A DNA stretch of 23,019 nucleotides, taken from assembly GCF_006345805.1 (NCBI RefSeq), contig NW_021836792.1, positions 1 to 23,019 on the forward strand. Direction: 5' to 3'. Source of the stretch: Octopus sinensis. Its lineage: Eukaryota. Positions within the stretch are counted from its first letter, which is position 1, and the number at the start of each line of letters is the position of its first letter. The position numbers were made by a program, and so were the translations under genes. This document shows, one piece after another, positions 8,783 to 18,749 of this stretch. The notes under the pieces were generated by a model. The model saw nothing but the letters and a program-made list of their open reading frames with translations, ran no database searches and was not told where the DNA came from.

Positions 8783-9035
8783 TTGACAGGAATTAAAAAC
8801 ATATTTACCATTACTACTAGAGAGGCCCTCTACAAATATTTCTGACAGAAACTGAAAGTTATTTACTATTAATACTTATAAACTAGGTAGATTGAGTGAT
8901 AAAGAGCTCCTTAATCTCTGACAGAAATTGAAAGTAATTTACCAAAGTCCCTGTAAGAGAAAGAGATATAGATAGATCAGTAGACACAATTTATATGTCT
9001 GACAGAAATTTGGAGTTATATACCATTAATACTAT
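8783..9035 (+). repeat. Four degenerate copies of a ~35-bp motif with variable spacers
   Basis: TCTGACAGAAA(C/T)TGAAAGT.ATTTAC.ATTAATACT-like copies start at about 8783, 8841, 8917 and 8998. Confidence 0.7.
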
Positions 9036-9619
9036 AAGATATAGATAGAAAGAAAGATGGGTGATATTAGTATCCTTATGAGCTATTCAGTTCTGCTGGT
9101 GAAATTAGCAGGGAGAATCTGTAAGGTACTGAAGGAAATTTTTAAGGGAATGATTCAGTCAACATATATTACAAGTGACAACAATGGCAAATAGGCTCAA
9201 AAAATAAAATAAAATTACTTGCTTAGCTTAGCTTAGTGGGAGGTAGGCAGATCAACATGACAGATTCAGCTGCTCTGAGGTTAACATGGTTACAATAACA
9301 GGCATGCTAATGTCTCCACTGCTGATCTTACACTATACTCCAGCACTAAACCACATAAGTACATGCAACATGTAGTAAGGGTGCACTGGGTACATAGGTG
9401 GTGTGGGAGATGAAGAGTAAGGTGCTAAAACAAAGTTGGTGGGTTGTAGGCTGGCACCTGCAATGGTGAAGTCTCAAGTGGTTATGGCAAGTGGTGGTAC
9501 TGACTGCCCAGTAGCAAGTGGGGTGCACATGCTAAGGGTGGTGGTATTATTATCAGTTTTACCTAAGTTGTCAGGTGTAGATGTAGGAAGGGCCTCCCCC
9601 TATTGTGTGCTGACCTTCA

Positions 9620-10600
9620 AGTTTTAGCATATCAGAAGCTTTAGAGTAAGTCAGCTTGACCATGTTCTGATTAAATATTTGGTAGAATCTCAAGGATGTC
9701 AACTGCTGAATGGGAGGTTATATCAGATAAAGTTCCTGGAGCAGCCATGCTTGGTCCTGTGTCTATTAGGGCTAATTGGTATGCTGGAGGAAGGAGCAAC
9801 CTGATGGATGAGGTGTACACACCCAGTGGGGTTACCACCTACATCAGTGCTGGAAAGTGATGTACAAGCATGTCACCTACAAAAGCATCTACCTACTGTC
9901 CTTATTGTCACCAGTAGTAGTAAGATGGTGACTGGCCCTATGTGTGGCTTGAACAGCTTCACCACAGGCCACAGCAGGATTCAGATGTGGTCCCAGGATT
10001 GCATGTCAACACATGTACCTGGCCAGACAGGCCACACAACCACTCAAGTATCTTGACATCTGGGATTTTCCCACTTCTTTTCTATGTGGAGTGTACTCAC
10101 ACTTCTGGAGTGGGAATGTACTCTGGGGTGTGATGTGGTTGGTTGGCTACAAGGAAGCTTAAGGGGGATTTCAGGGTTAGTATTTAATCTTCTCAAAGAT
10201 GCTACAAGCTGGGGCCTCATTATAATCCTGAGAAGGAAGATCTACACATTGACCTAGAGATTAAAGGTTCTTATAGAAATGTTTTTCACTAGACTATTAA
10301 CTATGGATTTAGGAACAGGAGGAATGATGCATATAGTGTAATGATTCATTGGGTTTGTGGTATAGGGAATATCACCCTGCACGTAAGTCTAGGAAGTTAA
10401 TTAATTCTCTCCAAGGGGATTTAGGTATAATCTACTGTAGTGAGGCATGTATCATCCCTATAGGCACCCACTCTAAGGTCAGGTAAGTGGCAGCCCAGCT
10501 CATGCACAAGGTACAGGCCCACAAGGTCAGTTACTTAAGCAGAGTCTGAGGAACATGTGGTGATGTCAAAATGATCCATACATCCCTTCCTGCCTCACAG
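9620..10600 (-). mobile_element. Penelope-like reverse transcriptase remnant (YRDD type, possibly Naiad clade), heavily decayed
   Basis: The - strand reads FDITTCSSDSA*VTDLVGLYLVHELGCHLPDLRVGAYRDD (YRDD at 10451-10462), then PKSIVNSLVKNISIR, then the linker motifs NFI*YNLPFS and FYQIFNQNMVKLTYS. Confidence 0.75.
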
Positions 10601-10693
10601 GTGGTCTTGGAAGAAAACAAAGGTATTCCTTACAGCCTGGATAACCTATAACTCAAGTTTAGGAATCTCAGTGAACTTTCTAGTGTGTTTGCT

Positions 10694-11745
10694 TGAGGTA
10701 TGTTAAAAAATTATCTGACCTTTGGGCATAAAAAATACAGTTTTTATATTTCACAAATTTTATTTAATCACCTTTGAAATACTCCCTCTGGGAGTTCACA
10801 CATTTCTCCCTGTGGTTCTGCCACTGCTGGTAACACCTCAGGAATACCTTCTTTGGAATGATATCAAGCTCTACTGTCACTTTTCTCATAACTTCCCCTT
10901 GTGACTCAAATTGCTTCCTTTTCAGTTTAGGGAAGAGCCAGAAGTCACATGGTGACAAGTTTGGTTATTAGGGAGCCTGTCAAACAAGTAGTGTATTGTT
11001 CTTGACGAGGATTATGTAGGTGGAGTGAGTGTGCACGTTGTCATGGTGAAGTTGCCAATTTTTCACTACCCACGTCTTCCTGTTTTTGACACACACCTTC
11101 ACAAAGGTAATGCATAACTTCCAGGTAGTATTCCTTATTGATTGTTTGGCCTTGTAGTGCATATTCATGATATAAAATACTGTGGAAGTCAAAGAAACAC
11201 AATACCATGAGAGTCTGCTGCGAACCTGTCATGCCCTTTTGGGCCTTGGTGATGACAATTGCTTCCACTGAGGGAACTGGAACCTGGTTTCCGGGTTGTA
11301 ACCATAAACCCATGTCTCCTCAGCAGTGATGATGGTCTTCATGAAGTCTGGGTTGTGTTTTGCAAAATCAAACATATCAGTGATTTCCATGTGAAGTTGC
11401 TTCTGCTGCTTGGAGACAATTTTACCAAGGACATGCACAAACCTTCCATTGAAATGGAATGCACCGATCCTGTGCTTATTCCCACTTGGTGAACAATTTC
11501 CTGGATTGTTATGTGACTATTCACCAAACCTTCTCAATCAACTTCTTGTTTTGGCTTGTGGATGGCCTGCCTGAGCATGCCTCACTCTCTATTGAAGTGT
11601 GGCCATATTTGAAATAGTTTTACCACTCCTTGATCTGAGTTTTGCCCATGGCATCACCACCAAAGGCCTGCTGAATCTTCTGGATGGTTTGAGCTTGAGT
11701 ATTACCAAGCTTTTTGCAAAACACGATGCAATATCTCTGCTTGAT
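10694..11745 (-). mobile_element. Mariner transposon remnant (transposase pseudogene plus 3' TIR; 5' end missing)
   Basis: The - strand reads QRYCIVFCKKLG, GRPSTS, IITAEETWVYGYNPET, QGQTINKEYY, WQLHHDN and MSPCDFWLFPKLK. A TIR-like end TGAGGTATGTTAAAAAATTATCTGACC sits at 10694. Confidence 0.88.
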
Positions 11746-11751
11746 GCATTC

Positions 11752-12005
11752 AGCATCATGGTGTTATCAAATACCTGCAGGTTTAGCCCCCAAGGACATT
11801 CATGCTGACATGGTTGCTACATTAAGTGATGCTGCTTCAGTTTTATTAACTGTGCAACTGTGGGCAACTGAATTTAGGAGGGGAAGGAATGGCTTTGAAC
11901 TGGTTGATCACCCTCCCTATTCTCCTGATTTGGTCCCATCTGACTATCATCTGTTCCCCAAAATGAAAGAAACACACTTAGCTGGGAATCAGTATTGCAG
12001 TATAT
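11752..12005 (+). mobile_element. Internally deleted mariner (irritans/Hsmar2-like) remnant
   Basis: The N-terminal GLAPKDIHADMVATLSDAASVLLTVQLWATEFRRGR is fused directly to the C-terminal NGFELVDHPPYSPDLVPSDYHLFPKMK. Confidence 0.85.
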
Positions 12006-12424
12006 CTGTTGTTAGCAGGTCCATCAACCATGTAGAGGCTTCTTTGGCTTGAATAACATTAAATAGAGAGCGATACTGATATAAGATTAGAGGAATCAAT
12101 GTTGTAGTAGATCTCTATTCAATAAGGTGTCCAAAGGTATTGTTGCCAGACTCTGTTCTCAAAATGTTTTATTGTCCTTGACATTTTTTCTTTTTCACAT
12201 TGTTTGGACATTTTTGTATGTAAAAGGTGACTATTATTTTCCCATTCAGGGGCTTATTTGTAATTGACTTAATTTTCACTTAAATAATAAAATACTTATG
12301 TATTCAGTAATGATGCATCCAGCTTTAATCCAATACATCATATACATCATTCAAAACATATGTTTCTTTAAAATCTTATTGATTGCATTTAATAATCTAA
12401 TTTAATATTTCTTTTCTTTTTCAG

Positions 12425-12565
12425 TTAGATGCTCCATTATTCATCACATGGTACCAATGCTTTATAACTGTGATACTTTGTGCTGTTTTCAGCTTCATCA
12501 GTTTTTTTTTACCAAATCTCGTTAAATTTCCATCAATGAAACTTGAACTAAAGATATGCCGCAGT
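12425..12565 (+). CDS. SLC35C1: GDP-fucose transporter 1, internal coding exon (141 nt, phase 0-0): LDAPLFITWYQCFITVILCAVFSFISFFLPNLVKFPSMKLELKICRS
   Basis: Acceptor TTTCTTTTCTTTTTCAG and donor AGT|GTATGT. The peptide matches human LDTPIFVTFYQCLVTTLLC...VDFPSLRLDLRVARS and continues the 3603-3663 exon in frame. Confidence 0.95.
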
Positions 12566-12689
12566 GTATGTTAGTCTTCTTTTTGTTTTTGAACATTCCT
12601 GTTTACTTTTTATTGTTTTTCTCTTTTTTGTAATTATATATCCATGTAAATTGCATAAGTACACACTTACTGAAACTAATTTCTAACAT

Positions 12690-12890
12690 AGGCACAAAGC
12701 TTCAAGTTTTGTGGCGCAGGAACAGTCAACACCTTAGCACTTGGTAGCATATATTTTATCACACCTCCCATCCTCCAGAAATATTAAGTAGACATGATTA
12801 GGCAGAATTTGATGTCAGAAATGTATGAGAATATAACTAAATACCGCAAAACATTGTCCTTGCTCTATTAATTCTGCTAATTCACTGCTC
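12690..12890 (-). mobile_element. Decayed OK-like SINE
   Basis: The + strand AGGCACAAAG...GGCAGAATTTGATGTCAGAA...AAATACCGCAAAACATT...TTCTGCTAATTCACTGC is the reverse complement of the family seen at 4155 and 15507. Confidence 0.6.
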
Positions 12891-13014
12891 TAGAGTGCAT
12901 ACATACATGCACACACACACACACACACACAACAACACACGTGCACACATACACACACATGCTCACCAATAAGTAAAAGTAATAACTGAAATAATTTTAT
13001 TTCTCTATTTTCAT

Positions 13015-13110
13015 GCTAGCAGGTATTAGATGAAACTTTGAGACAAATTGTCTATGGCCAAATGCTATTCCTGTCACCAACCCTTACTTGTTCTTCAAGT
13101 AAAATATCTT
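13015..13110 (-). mobile_element. Fragment of a repeat related to the (GAT)n-tailed SINE-like family
   Basis: The - strand GGTTGGTGACAGGAATAGCATTTGGCC resembles GGTTGGCTTTAGGAAAGGCATCCAGCC at ~14990. Confidence 0.45.
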
Positions 13111-13224
13111 CCATTTCAGTGGTCCATCACACATCTGTTGAACAGATGGAGAAATTTAACATTGTCACCATCTTTCACCTTGCTGGTACTAAAGACATTG
13201 TTGAATTTATGCACACACTATGAG

Positions 13225-13234
13225 TCTCTCTCTC

Positions 13235-13302
<68 letters not shown>
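13225..13302. repeat. (CT)n microsatellite
   Basis: Near-perfect CT run. Confidence 0.95.
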
Positions 13303-13309
<7 letters not shown>

Positions 13310-13360
13310 ACTTCCTTGCAGTTTCCATCTACTGTTTTCATTTACAAAGGACTGATTAGC

Positions 13361-13470
13361 TTAGGGCTATTGTGGATGACACCTGCCCAAGGTGTCCCAC
13401 ATTGGGACTGAACTGGAAACCATGTGGTTGCAAATCAAACATCTTAACCACATAGCCATGCCTGCTCCAA
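13361..13470 (-). mobile_element. OR-like SINE head
   Basis: The + strand GGCTATTGTGGATGACACCTGCCCAAGGTGTCCCACATTGGGACTGAACTGGAAACCATGTGGTTG...CTTAACCACATAGCCATGCCTGC is the reverse complement of a tRNA-derived head. Confidence 0.75.
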
Positions 13471-13520
13471 TATGAAATGATGATAAGAATCATTTATTAC
13501 ACAAAATTAAAGATTGTACT

Positions 13521-13690
13521 GGGTGATGGATTGGCAGAATAGTTAGAAAGTTGGATAGTGAAGGGCCTTTACTTTCTTAGTTCATTTACTACTGAAGTCA
13601 ACTTTGCCTTTTATATGTGTAGGATCAAGGAAATGAGTATCAGTCAAGTACCAGAGTGAAATTAATTGACTATACTGGCCCCTAAACTCA
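13521..13690 (+). mobile_element. Decayed OK-like SINE
   Basis: GGTGATGGATTGGCAGAATAGTTAG...GAAGTCAACTTTGCCTTT...AAATGAGTATCAG aligns by eye to the copy at 4155. Confidence 0.55.
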
Positions 13691-14479
13691 GTGATAATTA
13701 AGATAAGTTCTTAAACAAGATCAAAAATACATAGAGTAGAGATAATATGCCAGAGTAAACTTTCTCGGTCATTGAGCATAAGAAAAGTTGTGGTCAGTGG
13801 ATCAAAGTGGGATGTGTCATTTCATTAGAGTGTCAGGGGAAAGTTGCAGATGGTTAGAGATAGGGGTCAGAGGTGGATATATTGAATGATGTGCAAGGAT
13901 GGTAGTACAGTTGGTGAGAAATATCTGTAAAGAGAGGGTGAAGTGAGAGAGATAGCAGTGGCTCAGGAAGGAGGATAGATCATAAGGTAAGGGGATTATG
14001 TGTAAGGTGTAGAAGTGACACAGAGGGAGATGTGGGGGTACATAAAAGTGTGTATACTAGTTAACGCATCTAAAAAATGTTCAGTGTTCTCTTCAAAAAC
14101 TGTATCTAGTGAAAAACTTGAGAATCTCTAACGAATTCATGAATTCAAGGAATGAGATTTTTTTCTGTGTGTCCATTTTTCAAGAAATACATCTAGCCGG
14201 AATTTAAAAGTAGACCAACAGACACTTAGTAAACCATTAACATCTGGTTTACATCTTGACATTGAATTATTGTAATGTTGGTTATCCCCATTGTTTTTCT
14301 TCTTGCCTTCTTTACAAGCATCTCTTGTTTAAATGTTATCTGTTCAAAAGACAACTGACAAACGGTTTTGGTTTCAGTTTGATAAATAGTGGAATAATTC
14401 ATTATTTCAACCAGGAAATCCTGGGTAGCTGTAATTACAAGATTTGTGGTTTTTTATTATAAGATTATCTTTACTCAAT

Positions 14480-15132
14480 TAGCTGTTGAGTGCTTTTCTA
14501 CCCGGCCCAGTTAAGAGTACCCCTAATGCGTCGTGTGATATGATATGCTTCAGAAGACCTGTTGAGTCAAGTAAAACCAATATCATAGCTGTGACCAGTG
14601 CCCCCTGACTGGCTCCCGTACCAGTGGCACATAAAAAGCACCATCCAAACATGGCTGATGCCTGAACACCCTAACTGGCCCCCATGCCAGTGGCACATAA
14701 AAAGCACTATCTAAATATAATATATATATATATTATATACATATACACATACACACACATATATATAGATATGTATATATATACACACATACACATATAT
14801 ATATAGATATGTATATATACACAGATGCACCTACACACACAAGCTGTTCCCTGCATTCCTCTTCAGCAGAGCAGTCCTAACCTTGCGGGCTTGTGGGTGC
14901 TGGTGACATATTAAAAGCACCTGTACCAGTGTCACGTAAATGCACCTGTGCCAGTGCTGTGTGAAAGCACCCATTACACTCTGTGGAGTGGTTGGCTTTA
15001 GGAAAGGCATCCAGCCATAGAAACCAAGCCAAAGCAAACATGGAGCCTGGGCAGATCTTCAGCTGGCTAACTCCTGTCAAACCATATGACCCATGCCAGC
15101 ATGGAAACAGGACGTTAAATGATGATGATGAT
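14480..15132 (+). mobile_element. SINE-like repeat pieces with a (GAT)n tail (RTE-type 3' end), split by a TA/CA microsatellite at ~14717-14835
   Basis: Repeated CCAGTGGCACATAAAAAGCAC modules (two ~66-bp tandem units at 14603-14716), then GGAGTGGTTGGCTTTAGGAAAGGCATCCAGCC and CCCATGCCAGCATGGAAACAGGACGTTAAA(TGA)n. The same tail recurs at 15955-16018. Confidence 0.7.
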
Positions 15133-15160
15133 TATATATATATACATATACATACACACG

Positions 15161-15225
<65 letters not shown>

Positions 15226-15450
15226 CCCACATACACACAGACAGAGATAATGGCATAATTCCACTATAACAATAAAAGAATTTTGCATGTGCGCATATGT
15301 GTGGTGCATGTTCACATACAAGAATGACATACATACATATACATACATAGCTACACACCTATACACATCCATAGACACATACACACACACATACACACAC
15401 ACATGAAAAACATACAATATATGTGTATATATATCTACACATATTCCCCT
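15133..15450. repeat. Compound TA/CA/TACA microsatellites
   Basis: Visible low-complexity runs; the overlapping ORFs are artefacts. Confidence 0.85.
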
Positions 15451-15506
15451 CATCTATGCTCCTGTGGCCAATAAAAAGTTATTATTATCATTATTATTAT
15501 TATTAA

Positions 15507-15642
15507 GGTGGTGAGCTGACAGAATTGTTAGTACACCAGATAAAATGCTTAGCAGTATTTCATCTGCCATTACGTTCTGAGTTCAAATTCCACCATGGTC
15601 AAATTTGCCTTTTGTCCTTTCAGGGTCAATAAACTAAGTACC
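15507..15642 (+). mobile_element. OK-like SINE, 3'-truncated
   Basis: AAGGTGGTGAGCTGACAGAATTGTTAG...ATGCTTAGCAGTATTTC...GTTCTGAGTTCAAATTCC...TTTGCCTTT...AATAAACTAAGTACC. Confidence 0.85.
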
Positions 15643-15644
15643 TC

Positions 15645-15945
15645 AGTTTTTCTGTGCTGCCCTGTAAATACTCTACTAGACTTTTTCTTTCCGACTATAC
15701 ACATTCTTCTACTACTATTAAGCCTCTTCAACCCTGATCTCTCCTCAAGTACAGCTGGTTGATATCAGATTTGGGATGGTGGGCTCCATACACCATCAAC
15801 AACTTCTTAGTTTTTTTGTCGAGTTTCTCTATGTTGTTTTTGGTCCAGTCTATAATTTCAACTCTATATCTGATTAATGGTACTGAGCTTCAATAAAATT
15901 TTTTGAATTCAGCTTTGATTGCAATAATTTTTTTATTCTCCTTGT
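15645..15945 (-). mobile_element. R4/Dong-like LINE RT C-terminal remnant
   Basis: The - strand reads IEKLDKKTKKLLMVYGAHHPKSDINQLYLRRDQG*RGLIVVEECV*SERKSLVEYL, matching the LDRKTRKLL..GA.HPK.D...LY..R..GGRGL pattern. Confidence 0.8.
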
Positions 15946-16207
15946 CCTCAGTCAAACTGTCCCACCCATGCTAGCATCGTTAGCGGATGTTAAATGATGA
16001 TGATGATCATGATGATAAATATATATATATATATATATATATTTGTTTTGCAAGATTTTTGATGTGAAATTGTGTGTTGAAACAGATATTGTTGTATTTA
16101 GGAATGGTCATTTTGCCAGTTTAGCCAATAAAAACACACGCACTATATATTTGGTGTTACTTTGCTTCAGCGTTATTTATTTTTTACATTAATCTTAATC
16201 TTATTTT

Positions 16208-16252
16208 GGCCAGAGTTCTTTCGTCACACTCCTGTAACCGCATCAGTGGTCC
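16208..16252 (-). ncRNA. Hammerhead-like fold with variant core CUGAUGC (left arm)
   Basis: The - strand reads GGACCA-CTGATGC-G-GTTAC(AGGAGT)GTGAC-GAAA-GAACTC-TGGCC. Confidence 0.4.
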
Positions 16253-16495
16253 TTTGCTTTCTTCTTTCTTATTTGTGTGTCTCTCCTTACTAACCTTCAG
16301 CCATTACATGAACGGATATAAACAGGAGATACAAATATTACAGACATTTCCCCTCCACACACACACACACACACTAACTAAACATAGATGCACATAGAGA
16401 TATACGCATGCGCAAATGAAGACACATACAATAGCAATACAAAATGGCCGACGGTTAGTAAGGAGAGACACACAAATAAGAAAAAAGAAAGCAAA

Positions 16496-16540
16496 GGATC
16501 ACTGATGCGGTCACAGGAGTGTGACGAAAGAACTCTGGCC
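16496..16540 (+). ncRNA. Hammerhead-like fold with variant core CUGAUGC (right arm)
   Basis: GGATCA-CTGATGC-G-GTCAC(AGGAGT)GTGAC-GAAA-GAACTC-TGGCC. Stem II is perfect (5 bp), the putative site is CUC at 16533-16535, and stem I is weak (3 bp plus a mismatch). Confidence 0.45.
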
Positions 16541-16703
16541 GAAATAAGATTAAGATTAATGTAAAAAATAAATAACGCTGAAGCAAAGTAACACCAAATA
16601 TATAGTGCATGTGTTTTTATTGGCTAAACTCGCAAAATGACCATCCTAAATACAACATATATATGTATACATACATACATATATGTATGTATGTATATAC
16701 ATA

Positions 16704-16975
16704 TATACAATAGCCTTAGGCTAAACAAAGCCTCCTGAGTGAAATTCGTACATGGAAACTGAAAGAAGACTATCGTATATATGTGGATATTTGTGTGTAT
16801 GTGCATCTGTCTTTCTATCCCCACCATCACTTCACAACCTATGTTGATACATATGCTGATGTGTTTATGTCTCCGTAACCTGGTAGTTCAGCAAAAGACA
16901 CCGATAAAAAAAAAGTACTAGGCTTACAAAAGCATGGCCACAGTGAAATGACTGAATCAAGTAAAAGAGTAAGAG
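16704..16975 (+). mobile_element. OR-like SINE body and 3' end (head missing)
   Basis: ATAGCCTTAGGCTAAACAAAGCC...GGAAACTGAAAGAAG...GTGTTTATGTCTCCGTAACC...GTACTAGGCTTACAAA...AAATGACTGAATCAAGTAAAAGAGT. Confidence 0.75.
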
Positions 16976-17009
16976 TATATATAAATATATGTATATATAT
17001 ATATATGCA

Positions 17010-17042
<33 letters not shown>

Positions 17043-17054
17043 ATATATATATGT

Positions 17055-18174
17055 ATAACGGGAAGCTTTATGAAAATAAACAAGACGAAGGCAGGTGGAA
17101 TACAAACAAACAATTGTATTAGTATGGCGCTCAGGAATATAAATAAACCAAGTCTTTTACGTTTCGAGCCTACGCTCTTCAACAGAAAGATACACAGAAA
17201 AGAAACAAGGAGAGAAAAAAAATGAGTGCAGAAGCTAGCGAATCAACATGGCGATCTGATTTCGGCCAGAAGTCAAAGATCAAACGTGAGATGCAAGAGC
17301 GAAATTAGGGGAGATAACAGGGTCAAATGACCTCGCCCCAACATAAGAGTGTGTGTGTGTATGAGAGAGTATGTAGTGCGTATGAGAGGTCTGGACGTGT
17401 GTATATATATATATATGATGTGATGTTCAAAGTCGTATGGTGTAGTGTAAAGAGAGGAGATGAGGGGAAGAGGGGAGGTAAGGGGGGGAGAGAGGAAATG
17501 AGGAGGGATAGAGTGGAGGGGGAGAGCGGAAGAGGGGGGAAGGAAAGAGAAGAGGAGGGAGAAGGGGAAAGGTGAGAGTGAGGAGGGGAGAAGAAAAGAA
17601 GGAAGGGGTGGTGAGATGAGATGAGGGTGGTGAAGGAAAGAGGAGGGAGGGGGAAGGGGGAGAAGGAAGGAGAGGAGAAGAGGAGGGAGGAGAGAGGGAG
17701 GGGGAGAGAGCGGGAGAGGGAGGGAGCAGAGAGAAAGAGGGAAGGGGAAGAGGGAAGAAGGGAAGAGGAGGGAAAGTGAGTAGGGGTGAAAGGATGAAGG
17801 ACTGAAGAGAAGTAGGGGTTGGGGAGGTTAGATGAGGAGGTGGGGAGAGTTGAAACCAAATGGCGTAAAAGAGCGAAGAGAGAAGATTAATTCCTGTTCA
17901 CGGCGCAAACAGGAATCCGGATGGCCTCTGTGCAAGGAGAAACCGAACACTGACAGGTGTTGCAAGAAGTGACCGGTGGAGCGGAAATGGCGTGAGACCG
18001 GTGTGTCGTTGGCAAGGCGGATGTCACGGAGGTGTTCTGCGAACCGGTCAGCCAAGTGGCGTCCCGTTTGTCCGATGTACAGGGAATGGCAGAGAGAGCA
18101 AATGACGCAAAAGATGATATTGCTGGAGGTGCAGGTGAAGGAGTTGATGATGGGATAGGGTCGATGATGGGTGA
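17055..18174 (-). mobile_element. Penelope-like element, 5'-truncated: GIY-YIG endonuclease end (~18160-17828), polypyrimidine 3' region and terminal HHR; CpG-rich (young)
   Basis: The - strand reads PIINSFTCTSSNIIFCVICSLCHSLYIGQTGRHLADRFAEHLRDIRLANDTPVSRHF...RREQELIFSLRSFTPFGFN (YIG at 18071-18079). Both sides abut TA/TATG arrays. Confidence 0.9.
17153..17190 (-). ncRNA. Minimal type-I hammerhead fold with variant core CUGUUGA
   Basis: The - strand reads TCTTT-CTGTTGA-A-GAGC(GTAG)GCTC-GAAA-CGTA|AAAGA: perfect 5-bp stem I, perfect 4-bp stem II, palindromic ACGU stem III and a GUA site. It lies where PLE HHRs are expected. Confidence 0.65.
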
Positions 18175-18621
18175 TTATATATAATATAATATATATATAT
18201 ATATATTATATATATATATATATATGTATTTGTATGTATGCATATATAATATGTATTTGTATGTATGCATATATATATGTATTTGTATGTATGCATATAT
18301 ATATATGTATTTGTATGTATGCATATATATATATATGTATTTGTATGTATGCATATATATATGTATTTGTATGTATGCATATATATATGTATTTGTATGT
18401 ATGCATATATATATATATGTATGTATTTGTATGTATGCATATATATATATATATGTATGTATTTGTATGTATGCATATATATATATGTATGTATTTGTAT
18501 GTATGCATATATATATGTATGTATTTGTATGTATGCATATATATATATGTATGTATGTATTTGTATGTATGCATATATATGTATGTATTTGTATGTATGC
18601 ATATATATATATGTATGTATA

Positions 18622-18654
<33 letters not shown>

Positions 18655-18706
18655 ATAATGTATATGTATGTATGTATGTATATAATGTATATGTATGTAT
18701 GTAATG

Positions 18707-18749
<43 letters not shown>

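Larger units (their letters stand above)
16090..16657. mobile_element. Foldback element: ~215-bp inverted arms (16090-16305 / 16443-16657, ~96% identical) around a 137-bp spacer, embedded in (TA)n
   Basis: The arms are directly reverse-complementary, with about 9 differences counted by eye. The left side extends further (to ~16042) than the right. Confidence 0.92.

Noticed and set aside
8783-9035. CRISPR array
   Set aside because: Eukaryotic context, degenerate repeats, irregular spacing and no cas genes.
12480-12502. - strand CTGATGA-AGCT-GAAA
   Set aside because: Stem II would have no loop, and the motif lies antisense within a coding exon, so chance is likely.
13023-13223. CAG|GTATTA... 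as the next SLC35C1 exon (starts with VL)
   Set aside because: The translation VLDETLRQIVY... does not match VLPLSxxFxGMITFNNLCL, and the sequence is a repeat fragment.
13760-13920. Possible RTE LINE C-terminal remnant (QGKVADG...NDVQGW)
   Set aside because: The similarity is too weak and fragmentary to call without a search.
17323-17859. 178-aa S/P/L/F-rich ORF (likewise 20188-20766)
   Set aside because: Polypyrimidine low-complexity translation.
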